DNA of 21,007 nt from Armatimonadia bacterium. Lineage in GTDB: Bacteria; Armatimonadota; Zipacnadia; Zipacnadales; UBA11051. The translations under genes were made by a program, and so were the position numbers. Positions 1 to 9,800 of this stretch are shown here, piece by piece. The notes under the pieces were generated by a model that did not search any database, was not told where the DNA came from, and saw only the letters and a program-made list of their open reading frames with translations. The first letter of the stretch is position 1; every line of letters starts with the position of its first letter. The stretch lies in contig JBDKRC010000228.1 of the NCBI GenBank assembly GCA_039683575.1, positions 1 to 21,007 of the forward strand. Reading direction: 5' to 3'.

Positions 1-6
1 TGCGAG

Positions 7-663
7 TTAGTCCGCTTCGGAGGTCCAGAGCCTGTACGCGCCGCTGGCGGCGGGCTGCATCAGGTCGCTGGGCTTGTACCACTTGGCGTGGCCATCGGCA
101 AAGCCGATGTTGTTGCCGTCATTGTGACGGTTGGGCAGGTAGGTCATGAGGTTCTGCTGGCTGGAGATGTACTGCCATCCCATCTCAAAGGCGGTGAAGT
201 CGCCGAGGATGATCGTCTCGGCCGGGGCCTGGATGGCGCCAAGGGCCTTGCCGTAGGGGGAGGTGACAGTGACGCCGGCTACGCCGCTGCCGCCGTAGTA
301 GGCGGTGCTCAGACCGTAGCTGAGGGTGGAGCCGGGGGCGCCATTGTTGGCGACGATGGTGCGGCCGCTGTCACTGGGGCAAAGGAAGATCTGCCAGTTC
401 TTGATGTAGGGGGATACGGCCTGGGGCCACTGGTAGTTGCCAGGATAGGCGTTGGGGCCGCGCCAGGAACTGGGCAGCATTTCGTCGTAGTCCTGGGTAT
501 AGCTCAGGATGGCGGTGTTCATCTGGCGGATGTTGGAGAGACATGAGGCCTGGCGAGCCTTCTCACGGGCCTTGGCGAAGACAGGAAAGAGGATTGCCGC
601 GAGAATGGCGATGATGGCGATGACCACGAGCAATTCGATGAGGGTAAAACCGCTGCGTCGCAT
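7..663 (-). CDS. Prepilin-type N-terminal cleavage/methylation protein with C-terminal H-X9-DG motif (DUF1559-like), 218 aa
   Basis: Starts [29 protein letters not shown] (class III signal, G|F and E5). Has CxSN..Q, FLCPSD and [17 protein letters not shown]. Start moved to ATG 663, which has an upstream AGGAGG. Confidence 0.92.
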   Translation of the reverse strand: MRRSGFTLIELLVVIAIIAILAAILFPVFAKAREKARQASCLSNIRQMNTAILSYTQDYDEMLPSSWRGPNAYPGNYQWPQAVSPYIKNWQIFLCPSDSGRTIVANNGAPGSTLSYGLSTAYYGGSGVAGVTVTSPYGKALGAIQAPAETIILGDFTAFEMGWQYISSQQNLMTYLPNRHNDGNNIGFADGHAKWYKPSDLMQPAASGAYRLWTSEAD

Positions 664-704
664 GGGAACTGCGCCTCCTGTATGATGGCAAACTCCATGG
701 GCAC

Positions 705-733
705 TGTATACACAATGTTCCCAACAATACCAA
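705..733 (-). promoter_or_regulatory. Putative sigma70 promoter of the 7..663 gene
   Basis: Minus strand reads TTGGTA-17 nt-TATACA with TG at the extended -10 position, in an AT-rich patch of a GC-rich window. Confidence 0.4.
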
Positions 734-815
734 GATTGTACCAATTCCGCGCAAAGATGTCCATGCTCATTCCGCAGCCGGAGACGATCTCAGGACCCGA
801 TCAGACTCACGAGAA

Positions 816-840
816 GAGGGACCGGATCGCCCGGTCCCTC
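816..840 (-). terminator. Probable intrinsic terminator between the two prepilin-like genes
   Basis: Perfect 10-bp stem GAGGGACCGG/CCGGTCCCTC with a 5-nt loop, about 26 nt past the stop of 867..1526. The U tail is weak (TTCTC). Confidence 0.65.
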
Positions 841-866
841 TCTTGTTTCAGCAGAGAACTGGATGC

Positions 867-1526
867 TTAGTCCGCTTCGCAGGTCCAGAGCCGATACGCG
901 GTGCTGGCGGCGGGCTGCATGAGGTCGGTGGGCTTGTACCACTTGGCGTGGCCATCCACGAAGCCGACGTTGACGCCATCGTTGTGGCGGTTGGGCAAGA
1001 AAGTACTGAGGTTCGGCTGGTTGGCAAGATACTGCCAGGATATTTCGTGGCCGGTGTAGTCAGCGATCATGATCGTCTCAGCCGGGGCCGTGATTGTGCC
1101 GAGCGACTTGGCATAGGGCGAGGTGATGGTGACACCGGCGACGCCGCTGCCTCCATAGTAGGCGGCGCTGTAACCGTAGCTGACGGACGAGCCGGGAGCG
1201 CCATTGTTGGCGACGATGGTGCGACCGCTGTCACTGGGGCACAGGAAGATCTGCCAGTTCTTGATGTAGGGCGCGCACGCCTGGGGCCATTGGTAGCTAC
1301 CGGGGGAGGGGGTGACGGGGCCGTACCAGGTGGAGGTCAGCTTTTCGTCATAGTCCTGGGCATAGCTGAGGAGGCTCAGGTTGATCTGCTTGACGTTGGA
1401 GAGACATGAAGACTGGCGGGCCTTTTCACGGGCCTTGGCAAAGACCGGGAACAAGATTGCGGCAAGAATGGCGATGATCGCGATAACCACGAGCAATTCA
1501 ATGAGCGTGAAACCACTACGTCGCAT
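867..1526 (-). CDS. Prepilin-type N-terminal cleavage/methylation protein with H-X9-DG motif (DUF1559-like), 219 aa; paralog of 7..663
   Basis: Same 38-aa N-terminus as 7..663 and [17 protein letters not shown]. About 78% aa identity by manual alignment. GGAGG precedes ATG 1526. Confidence 0.92.
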   Translation of the reverse strand: MRRSGFTLIELLVVIAIIAILAAILFPVFAKAREKARQSSCLSNVKQINLSLLSYAQDYDEKLTSTWYGPVTPSPGSYQWPQACAPYIKNWQIFLCPSDSGRTIVANNGAPGSSVSYGYSAAYYGGSGVAGVTITSPYAKSLGTITAPAETIMIADYTGHEISWQYLANQPNLSTFLPNRHNDGVNVGFVDGHAKWYKPTDLMQPAASTAYRLWTCEAD

Positions 1527-1660
1527 GGAAGACGCCTCCCTGGAGGGGTTAGTCCACTGGCCACTGCAGACGCAGTGGTACCAGGATGGCGAGAGTTTAT
1601 CAAGTCTTCCACAAGATGTCCATGGTTGTGCGCAGCCGCTAGAGCGCTTTGTCACACTTC

Positions 1661-1689
1661 TTGACTTATGGCAGGATCTTGTTTACCCT
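1661..1689 (+). promoter_or_regulatory. Putative sigma70 promoter for the sat cluster
   Basis: TTGACT-17 nt-TACCCT with TG extension, in the divergent intergenic region. Confidence 0.45.
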
Positions 1690-1743
1690 CAGGCGGCACC
1701 GGGCTTGCGAACGGGGGCCGGTGGAATGTGACGTCATGTAACC

Positions 1744-1777
1744 ATGCGTGGCGCGACTTGGCGCCACCATCTTTTTT
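1744..1777 (+). terminator. Terminator-like hairpin within the sat 5' leader
   Basis: GTGGCGC/GCGCCAC stem (1748-1767), extendable by ATG/CAT, followed by TTTTTT (1772-1777). Confidence 0.4.
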
Positions 1778-1819
1778 CGTGCCCACGGTCGCGAGGGCCC
1801 AACCTCTGGAGGCGTAATG

Positions 1820-2980
1820 ATGATCGAACCACACGGTGGAAAGCTGGTCAACCGTGTCCTGCAAGGCGATGCACTCAAGGATGCGCGCGCGCGCGCGGAG
1901 TCGCTGCCGCGTCTGACTGTCAACTTCGACACGGCGCGGGATGCGCAGAATATCGCGCGCGGAGTGTTTTCGCCACTGGAGGGGTTCATTGGCAGCGCGG
2001 ACCTGGCGAGCATTGTGGCCGGCTACCGGCTAGTGAGCGGCGTCGCATTTCCTATTCCTATCATGCTTGATGTGGCGACGCAGGACGCAGTGCCGGTGGG
2101 CGACGTGGTGCTGTACCAGGAAGGCAAAGACGAGCCGCTGGCGCTCTATCATGTTGAGGAAGTCTATCCGTGGGACAAGGAGAAGACCGCGCAGGCAGTC
2201 TTCGGGACCACCGAGGTCGAGCACCCGGGCGTGCGCGGGCTATATGAGCGGGGCGATTTCCTCGTTGGCGGCACCATTGACCTGATGGACAACGACCGCG
2301 GGCCGTATGCGGAATGGAACCTCTTCCCTGCCGAGACGCGGCGGGTGTTTGAGGACCGGGGGTGGAAGACCGTGGTGGCGTTCCAGACGCGGAATGTGCC
2401 GCACGCGGGGCATGAGGACCTGCAGAAGACCGTTTTGGGGCTGTGCGACGGACTGCTGATCCAGCCGCTGATCGGCAAGAAGAAGCCGGGGGACTTCAAG
2501 GACGAAGTGATTCTCGAGGCATACAAGGTATTGGTGGAGAAGTACTTCCCGCAGGAGCGGGTGCTGCTGAACATCCTGCCGACCGAGATGCGCTATGGCG
2601 GGCCGAAGGAAGCCATCCTGCATGCCATCATGCGCAAGAACTATGGCTGCACGCATATCGTCATCGGCCGCGACCATGCGGGCGTGAGCCGCAAGGACAA
2701 GACCCCGTACTATGGCGAGGAAGAGGCAATCGAGTTCTTTGCCAACTTCCCCGACCTGGGCATTGAGCCGATCATGATCCGTGGGGATTTCTGGTACTGC
2801 AAGAAGTGCAATCGCGTGGCGAGCAACCGCAACTGCCCGCACGGCGAAGACTGCCAGATCCCGTTCTCGGGCACCATCATCCGCCGGGGCATCTCCGAGG
2901 GCGAGCCGGTGCCGGAGGAAGTCATGCGGCCGGAAGTGATCGAGGTCATAAGGCGGTTTGAGAAGCCGTTTGTGGAGTAG
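1820..2980 (+). CDS. sat: Sulfate adenylyltransferase (Sat-type ATP sulfurylase)
   Basis: PHGGKL N-terminus, FSPLEGF, HPGV, AFQTRNVPHAGHE (QTRN/HxxH), MRYGGPKEAILHAIMRKNYGCTH..GRDHAG, Zn site CxxC...CPH. GGAGG at 1808-1812; ATG 1817 is an alternative start. Confidence 0.96.
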   Translation: MIEPHGGKLVNRVLQGDALKDARARAESLPRLTVNFDTARDAQNIARGVFSPLEGFIGSADLASIVAGYRLVSGVAFPIPIMLDVATQDAVPVGDVVLYQEGKDEPLALYHVEEVYPWDKEKTAQAVFGTTEVEHPGVRGLYERGDFLVGGTIDLMDNDRGPYAEWNLFPAETRRVFEDRGWKTVVAFQTRNVPHAGHEDLQKTVLGLCDGLLIQPLIGKKKPGDFKDEVILEAYKVLVEKYFPQERVLLNILPTEMRYGGPKEAILHAIMRKNYGCTHIVIGRDHAGVSRKDKTPYYGEEEAIEFFANFPDLGIEPIMIRGDFWYCKKCNRVASNRNCPHGEDCQIPFSGTIIRRGISEGEPVPEEVMRPEVIEVIRRFEKPFVE

Positions 2981-2991
2981 GTGAGCGGGGG

Positions 2992-3079
2992 CAGAAACGG
3001 GGACAGACCCCGATTTCGCCCGTAGGCCCGGTATGTGCTGAAGCCCGGTGAACGAAATCGGGGTCAGTCCCCATTTCTG
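2992..3079. repeat. REP-like inverted doublet (GGGGACAGACCCC type)
   Basis: 27-bp arms 2992-3018 and 3053-3079 are reverse complements at 25/27 positions. Each arm is itself a short palindrome. Confidence 0.8.
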
Positions 3080-3146
3080 ATGCAGTGGGCGAGGTGGGTC
3101 GGAGATAACGGCAGGAACCTTCGTGCAACCGTTGTTGGAGTAGTAG

Positions 3147-4532
3147 ATGGAGAGCCGCCGCGTCATGATCATCGGCTGGGACTGCGCGCCGCCGGAGCTG
3201 GTCTTCGGTGAGTGGCGGGAGCACTTGCCGAATCTGGCGAAGATACGCGACGGCGGCATTCATGGGCTGCTGCGGAGCACCGACCCGCCAATTACCGTCC
3301 CGGCGTGGACGGCGATGATGACGTCGCGCAATCCGGGGAGCCTGGGGTTCTACGGGTTTCGCAACCGCAAGCCGGGGGAGTATGAGGGGGCCTGGATTGC
3401 CACCTCGACAGCGATCAAACAGCCGCGGGCGTGGGAGATAGCCTCGCAGGCCGGTAAGCGGGTCTGTGTGCTGAGTGTGCCGCAGACCTACCCTATCAAG
3501 CCGGTCAACGGCGTCTGCGTCTCGTGCTTTTTGACCCCGGACACGAATAGCGAGTTTGTGTACCCGCCCGAGTTGAAGGACGAGGTCCAGCGGGTAGCTG
3601 GCGGGTATCTGATCGATGTGGACAACTTCCGCACCGAAGACAAGCAGTGGCTGCTGGACGAGATCTACCGGATGACGGACAAGCAGTTTGCGGTGGCGAG
3701 GCACTTGCTCCAGAAGGAGCGGTGGGACTTCTTCATGCAGGTGTACATGGGCCCGGACCGGCTGGGGCACGGGTTCTGGAAGTACTGCGACGCGGCCCAT
3801 CCGAAGTATGAAGCCGGGAACTGCTTTAAGAAGGTGATGGTGGAGTATTACCATCACATTGACAACCAGCTTGGCGAGTTGATGGCGCTGGCGGGGGAGG
3901 ATGTCACTTTCCTGGTGGTGTCGGACCACGGCGGGAAGGCCATGCGGGGGTCGCTGAACCTCAATGACTGGCTGATCCGCGAAGGTTACCTGGTGCTGAA
4001 GGAGCCACTGAGCGGCGTGACGCGGTTCAGGGAGAATATGGTGGACTGGTCGCGGACGAAGGCTTGGGGCTGGGGCGGGTACTATGCGCGGGTGTTCATG
4101 AACCTCGAGGGCCGCGAGCCGCAGGGGATCGTTCCGCAGGCCGAGTATGAGGCGGAGCGGGACGAACTGATCCGCAAGCTGCAGGCGATCCCCGATGATC
4201 GCGGCCGGGCGATGGAGACCAAGGTTCTCAGGCCGCAGGACATCTTCACCGGCGAGTGCGTGGACGAGGCGCCGGATCTGATCGTGTATTTCGACGATCT
4301 GCACTGGCGGGCGGGGCAGGATGTGGGGCATGACAGCATCTACTCGTTCGACACGGAGATCGGGCCGGACGATTCGGTGCATGACTATTACGGGATGTTC
4401 GCCATGGCGCCGGTACCGGGGCGCGAAGGGCGGGAAGTGCGCGGGCTGAACATCCTCGACGTGGGGCCGACGGTGCTGAAGCTGATGGGGCTGCCGGTGC
4501 CGGACGAGATGGAAGGCAAGACAATCGTCTGA
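3147..4532 (+). CDS. Alkaline phosphatase superfamily protein (type I phosphodiesterase/nucleotide pyrophosphatase-like)
   Basis: IIGWD, PPITVPAW (Thr nucleophile position), DRLGH, VVSDHG and DSVH metal-ligand motifs. No signal peptide. GGAG upstream. Confidence 0.88.
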   Translation: MESRRVMIIGWDCAPPELVFGEWREHLPNLAKIRDGGIHGLLRSTDPPITVPAWTAMMTSRNPGSLGFYGFRNRKPGEYEGAWIATSTAIKQPRAWEIASQAGKRVCVLSVPQTYPIKPVNGVCVSCFLTPDTNSEFVYPPELKDEVQRVAGGYLIDVDNFRTEDKQWLLDEIYRMTDKQFAVARHLLQKERWDFFMQVYMGPDRLGHGFWKYCDAAHPKYEAGNCFKKVMVEYYHHIDNQLGELMALAGEDVTFLVVSDHGGKAMRGSLNLNDWLIREGYLVLKEPLSGVTRFRENMVDWSRTKAWGWGGYYARVFMNLEGREPQGIVPQAEYEAERDELIRKLQAIPDDRGRAMETKVLRPQDIFTGECVDEAPDLIVYFDDLHWRAGQDVGHDSIYSFDTEIGPDDSVHDYYGMFAMAPVPGREGREVRGLNILDVGPTVLKLMGLPVPDEMEGKTIV

Positions 4533-4626
4533 GTGGAGGCGGGGGCGGGACGGCCTGAGTCAGGATGGACAGTCGTCATGCCGGATTCCCCGGCACCCTG
4601 AGATGATGCAAATGTGCGCAAACGGC

Positions 4627-4697
4627 TGTCATTCTGAGCGAAGCGAAGAATCTCGGCCACCGACACGTGGGGATTCTTCGCTTCGCTCAGAATGACA
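4627..4697. repeat. REP-like inverted repeat (GTCATTCTGAGCGAAGCGAAGAATC type)
   Basis: Perfect 26-bp inverted arms at 4627-4652 and 4672-4697 with a 19-nt spacer. Confidence 0.85.
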
Positions 4698-4802
4698 ACC
4701 TATTTGCGGAGCAGGATGACGGCGGATGGGCAGGATGGAGGCGAGGACGGGGTGGATAGCATGAGTACAAATGTGCCACAGAGGCTTTAAGGAGTTTTGG
4801 CT

Positions 4803-5330
4803 ATGAGCAAACCGGGAGCGGTTATCTGGTTCACAGGGCTGGCGGGGTCGGGGAAGTCCACCATCGCGAGCGTGGTGGAGGCAATGCTGGCAGAGCGCGG
4901 GCTGCCGGTGGAGAATCTGGACGCCGACGAAGTGCGCCAGAATCTGTCGCCGAATCTGGGCTTCAGCCTCGAGGCGCGCGACGAGAACACCAAGCGGCTG
5001 GCGTGGATGGGCAAGATGCTGTCCAAGCACGGCATCAACGTAGTCATCGCCGCCGTGGCGACGCTGAGGAAGTTCCGCGACCGCGCGCGGGAGATGTGCC
5101 CGCACTTTGTCGAGGTTTATGTGTACTGCCCGCTGGAAGTCTGCCAGGAGCGCGACCCCAAGGGCCTGTACGCCCGCCGCGCCCGTGGCGAGATCAGCGA
5201 CGTTGACGGCATCGACATCCCGTACGAGGAGCCGCTGAACGCTGAGGTCGTCGTGGACACCAGCAAGGTGGGCATCGAGGAATCGGCGAAGATGGTAGTC
5301 GCGAAGCTCGAGGAGCTTGGCTACATCTGA
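4803..5330 (+). CDS. cysC: Adenylyl-sulfate (APS) kinase
   Basis: IWFTGLAGSGKST P-loop, LDADEVR..L...LGFS...R..N, RDPKGLY, PYEEP. AAGGAG precedes ATG 4803. Confidence 0.95.
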   Translation: MSKPGAVIWFTGLAGSGKSTIASVVEAMLAERGLPVENLDADEVRQNLSPNLGFSLEARDENTKRLAWMGKMLSKHGINVVIAAVATLRKFRDRAREMCPHFVEVYVYCPLEVCQERDPKGLYARRARGEISDVDGIDIPYEEPLNAEVVVDTSKVGIEESAKMVVAKLEELGYI

Positions 5331-5369
5331 GCGCCGGGGTAGGGCTGGGACAAGGTATTGAAGAGCATT

Positions 5370-5393
5370 GCCCGGCCCTTGTGCCGGGCTTTT
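5370..5393 (+). terminator. Probable intrinsic terminator after cysC
   Basis: GCCCGGC/GCCGGGC stem followed by TTTT. Confidence 0.6.
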
Positions 5394-5416
5394 GCGTCGT
5401 GTGAGGAGGCTAATCG

Positions 5417-5524
5417 ACGCGTGGCAGGCATGCTCCGCATGCCGGATTCAGGTAGCGGGACAAGTTCCGGCCGCGCGTTCAAAGGAATACAAGTTCCGGC
5501 ATGCGGAGCATGCCTGCCACGCGT
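5417..5524. repeat. REP-like inverted doublet (GTGG-CAGGCATGCTCCGCATGCC type)
   Basis: Perfect 30-bp inverted arms at 5417-5446 and 5495-5524. Each arm has a GTGG tetranucleotide followed by the internal palindrome GGCATGC-TCC-GCATGCC. Confidence 0.85.
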
Positions 5525-5550
5525 TCAAGGAAGGTCAGGGAGAAGGCAAT

Positions 5551-6777
5551 ATGGAGACTTTTGTGCAGATCGGGGCGGGGAATATCGGGCGCTCGTTTGT
5601 CGGGCAGCTTTTTGCGCGAGCGGGGTTTGAGGTTGTGTTTCTGGATGTGGTCGACGATGTCATCAACGCCTTGAATGAGCGGGGGCGTTACCGGGTGGAG
5701 ATCAAGGACCGCCAGCCGGAGACGATCTGGGTGGAGAATGTGCGCGGCGTCAATTCCAAGGACGTTGCCGCGGCGGCGCAGGAGATTGCGAAGTGCCGCT
5801 GCGCCGGGACGGCGGTGGGGCCGAAGGCCCTCCCCTACATCTACCCGACTATTGCCGAGGGCCTGAAGCTGCGCCACGCGCAGGGGAACGGGCCGCTGGA
5901 TATCATCATCTGCGAGAACATGCGCGAGGCCGCGGCGGCCGTGCGGGAGGGCCTGAAGAAGCACCTGCCGGCCGATTTCCCGTTCGACGACATGGTCGGT
6001 CTGGTCGAGACCAGCATCGGCAAGATGGTGCCCACCATGAGCGCAGAGGATCGCGCGCAGGACCCGCTGCTGGTCTTCGCCGAGGCGTACAACAACCTGA
6101 TCTGCGATGCCAGCGCGTTCAAGAACCCGGTTCCGAACGTACCGGGGCTCAATCCGAAGCACAACATGAAGGCCTATGTGGACCGCAAGAGCTTCATCCA
6201 CAACTTCGGCCACGCGCTTTGCGCTTATCTCGGCTACATCGAGGACCCGAACCTGACGACGACGTGGGAGGCCGTGGAGCATCCGGTGGTGGGGCCGGCG
6301 GTGCGGGCGGGGATGTGGGAGTCGGCGCGGGCGCTGATCAGGGTCTATCCCGAGGAGTTCAACGAACAAGACCAGGGCGAGCACATCGAGGACCTGATCT
6401 CGCGGTTTGCCAACAAGGCCCTCGGCGACACGCTGCACCGGGTGGGGCGGGACCTGCAGCGCAAGCTGTCGCGGGAAGACCGCGTCATCGGGCCGCTGCT
6501 GCTGGACCTGCAGCAGGGCCTCGAGCCGACCTACACGGCGCTGTGCGCGGCGGCGGGGATGCACTTCCTCAAGCCGGATGAGCAGGGGGAACTCTTCCCG
6601 GCGGATGCCGAGTTCCACAGCCAGATCGTGCCGCAGGGCCTCGACCATGTGCTCACAGCGATTTGTGGTCTTGATCCGAAGCAGGAACCGGACGCGACGG
6701 CGCGGGAACTGATCAAGCAGGCCGAGGCGCACATCGCGGACTGCAAGCGGAGAGGGACTTCAGCTCTGGAGCTGTAG
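5551..6777 (+). CDS. mtlD: Mannitol-1-phosphate 5-dehydrogenase family (long-chain mannitol dehydrogenase) protein
   Basis: GAGNIGR, TAVG, IIICEN, RK..IHNFGHA, RFANKALGD...RVGRD..RKL...DR. Start moved to ATG 5551 because the upstream extension reads through the REP. Substrate is not certain. Confidence 0.8.
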   Translation: METFVQIGAGNIGRSFVGQLFARAGFEVVFLDVVDDVINALNERGRYRVEIKDRQPETIWVENVRGVNSKDVAAAAQEIAKCRCAGTAVGPKALPYIYPTIAEGLKLRHAQGNGPLDIIICENMREAAAAVREGLKKHLPADFPFDDMVGLVETSIGKMVPTMSAEDRAQDPLLVFAEAYNNLICDASAFKNPVPNVPGLNPKHNMKAYVDRKSFIHNFGHALCAYLGYIEDPNLTTTWEAVEHPVVGPAVRAGMWESARALIRVYPEEFNEQDQGEHIEDLISRFANKALGDTLHRVGRDLQRKLSREDRVIGPLLLDLQQGLEPTYTALCAAAGMHFLKPDEQGELFPADAEFHSQIVPQGLDHVLTAICGLDPKQEPDATARELIKQAEAHIADCKRRGTSALEL

Positions 6778-6823
6778 GCAAGCGATGAGACAACCGGAGT
6801 GGTCCGGACGGGAGTTGGTGACG

Positions 6824-9800
6824 ATGACCCGCATGCTGACTATTCTGGCGCTGCTGGGCTCCTGCGCGGCGCTGTATGCCCAGGAGGCCTTCCGGGATGA
6901 CTTCGACACCGTGACGGCCTGGGAGGCCAAGCCGGAGTGGCTTGCCAATGACAGCCCGACCGCCAGCGTGACCACCCAGGGCGGTATCGCGCGGTTTGGC
7001 ATCGCCGAGCCAGGCAAGGGCATGAAGTGGATGCGGCAGCTTGAGGACCCACTGGACCTGGACCTCACCCCCTGGCTTGTGATCCGCTATCGCGCCACCA
7101 ACTTCAACCCTCCCGCTGACTACCTGTTCTGGCTCAACGATGCAAAGCCCAAGGACGGCGTGCCCTTCAAGGCCGGGGAACGCCTGCCGGTTGACGGGCA
7201 GTGGCATACGGTGGCGTTGGATCTGTGGGAACTGAAGGTGCTGTCGCCGGTGACCCAGCTTGGGGTGCAATGCCAGGCGACCGCCGCCGGACAGGCAGCG
7301 GTTGAGGTTGATTACATCGCTTGCATGGAGACCCCTCCGGCGGACGCCGAGGGCCTGCAGCAGCCGACGGGCGCGGCGCAGGAGTGGCCGGTGACGATGC
7401 GCGAGGCCGCGCAGTGGACGCTGCAGCCGACGTGGATCGCCAACCACAGCGAGAGCGCCTCCCTCGCCGCAGCGCCTGACGGCGAGGGGCTGTTGTTCCG
7501 CATGCCGGAGGGCGGGTGCGGGGCGAAGTGGTCGCGCGAACTCGCTACCCCCGTTGAAGGCGCGCGATGGGCGTCCCTGCGCTACCGGGCGCGGAACCTG
7601 CGCACCTATGGCGATTACGTCATCTACATCGCGTCCTCGGGTGGCGGGAAGGCCACCGAGGAGCAGTATGTCATCCAGCAGGGCGACCTGATCTCCGACG
7701 GTGAGTGGCACGTGGCGTTGGGACGGGTGACCGTGCCAAAGATCCAGACAGTGGCGGTGCAGGTGCAGGCGGCACGGGCGGATGCCAGCCTGCAGATCGC
7801 CGAACTCAAGTTCCTCGACCGCAAGCCGGTCATGAAGCTTGCCGACACCTTCGATGGCGTCGCTGGCTGGCCCAAAGACATGAAGCGCTGGCGCGTGGTA
7901 TCCCTCCCCCCTGCCAACCTCTCCGGAACGGACTTGTCCCGACGTCTCGGGGCCGAGGGCTGGATTGCCGAGGGCCAGGTGACCGCGTTTGGCGTGCCGT
8001 TTGAGGTGCGCAAGGTTGACCAGGCGCTGAACATGACGCCGCTCAAGGAGCCGGGGGAGGTCGCGGTGCCGCTAGGCGGCAAGGCTGCTGAGGCATACCT
8101 GCTCATGGCGGCGCAGTTCCCCACTCGCGATGAACCCTCGTACAAGGAGTCGGGCCTGATCCGACAAGTCCACCGGCTGGTGGTGCGGGTGGAGTATGCC
8201 GATGGTTCGGTGGATGAGCAGTTCCCGCTGTCGGTCAACTCCGGCGAGCATGCCGTGTCCCGGTGGCTGCATACCTATGCAGTGGCGCTGGAGCCGCAGA
8301 AGGCACTCAAGCGGCTGGTGCTCGTGGATACGATGGACCGTGGGGCCTTTGGTCTGGCGGCGCTGACGCTGAGTGACAAGCCCGGCCCCGCGAGTCGCGC
8401 CACGACGGCGGTCGCGCAGGCCCTTCCGCGCGGCGACCAGCCCATCGAGTCACGGGCGGCGGGGGTTCGGCGCGTGGGCGATCAGTTGCAGGTTGACGCC
8501 TGGTCGGTGAGCATGACCCTCGACTGCAGCAAGGGCCTGCGCGTCAGCAACCTGAGCAACCATAGCGCCATTCGGCTGAAGACCGGGTTCGCCCCCGGCC
8601 CGCTCTTCCGGGTCATCGGCGACGGGTTCGAGGTCACCTCGGAGCAGTTCGCGGTGAAGTCCATCGCAGACGACCAGGATGGGAAGCGTATTGAACTGAC
8701 GTGTGAGGCGGTCAAGCCCGCAATCACGGTGACGGTGTGGGTGGAGGTCCGCGATCCTCGCGAGATCGGCCTGCGGGCGGAGATCGGCCTCAACGGCCAG
8801 GACCCCGCGAAGACGCGCTTCATCTTCCCGGAACTGAAGGACCTGAGCTTCGGCGGCAAGGAGCCTGAGCAGTGGATCTGGTGCCCCCGGCGCGGGGATG
8901 TCATCACCAACCAGATGCTGTCTTTGCGCGAGAACTACGGCGGCGCGGGCAACCCGCTGCAGATCATCGGCTGTTTCGATGCCTCCAGCCGCACGGGCCT
9001 GTACGTCATGACGCAGGACCAGGACGCCATTTCGCGCTTCTATCAGGTCCAGAAGGCGCAGACCGGCGCTCGGCTGGCGGTCGAGTACAACCCGCTGCAC
9101 ACCAAGCTGCTGCCGCGCACGGTGATTGGCTGCCTGCAGGGGGACTGGCACGAGCAACTGGCGCACTATCGCGAATGGGCCGATACCTGGTACAAGCCCG
9201 CCGCGCCGCGCAAGCGGTGGTTCCGCGAGGTCTTCAACTTCCGGCAGCAGTTCCTTAGCTTCGATGTGCCCACCAAGAGCGGGATGTTCGACATGGACAC
9301 CAAGACGCTACGGCTCAAAGAGGTCGTGGACGCCGATGCGAAGGCCTTTGGCGGCGTAGACTATCTGCACCTGTTCGATTGGGGCTGGGACCCCGTGCAT
9401 GGGCGCTGCGGAGACTATGCGCCGTGGGACTACCTCGGCGGCGTGGACAACTTCAAGCAGGCAGTGGCGGAGGTGCAGGCGTCGGGGGTGCCGGTGGGAC
9501 TGTACCTTGAGGGCGTGCTGGTTGACCCGCAGTCGAACCTGGGCAAGGCCCACGGGGCGGCGTGGCAGATGCTCGACCCACAGGGCAAACCGTACACGTA
9601 CTATGCCCCCAGCTACCACATGTGTTCGAACGTGCCCGAATGGCAGGAGGCGCTGAGCGACACCTACCGGCGGGTGGCGCGGGAGACCGGCGCCAAGGGC
9701 TTCTACATTGACGAGTACGGCTTCGCCCACGTCGGCCACTGGTGCTACAACCCGGCACACGGGCATCCCGTGCCGATGGCCTCGTCGCCCGGCCAGCTAC

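Noticed and set aside
664-744. N-terminal ORF-track extensions of the prepilin genes (also 1527-1655), sat (1748), mtlD (5368), the ATPase (12336) and pyrD (18959)
   Set aside because: They run through promoters, REPs or neighbouring genes. Downstream starts fit family N-termini and RBS or overlap positions.
4388-5105. ORFs containing 'EILRFAQND' and 'CHSERSEES'
   Set aside because: These are translations of the 4627-4697 palindromic repeat, not proteins.
2240-6732. Long antisense ORFs (2240..3259, 2946..4382, 5479..6732; likewise 6713..7711 and 14116..15300)
   Set aside because: Shadow frames of high-GC genes with clear sense-strand motifs. No recognisable domains.
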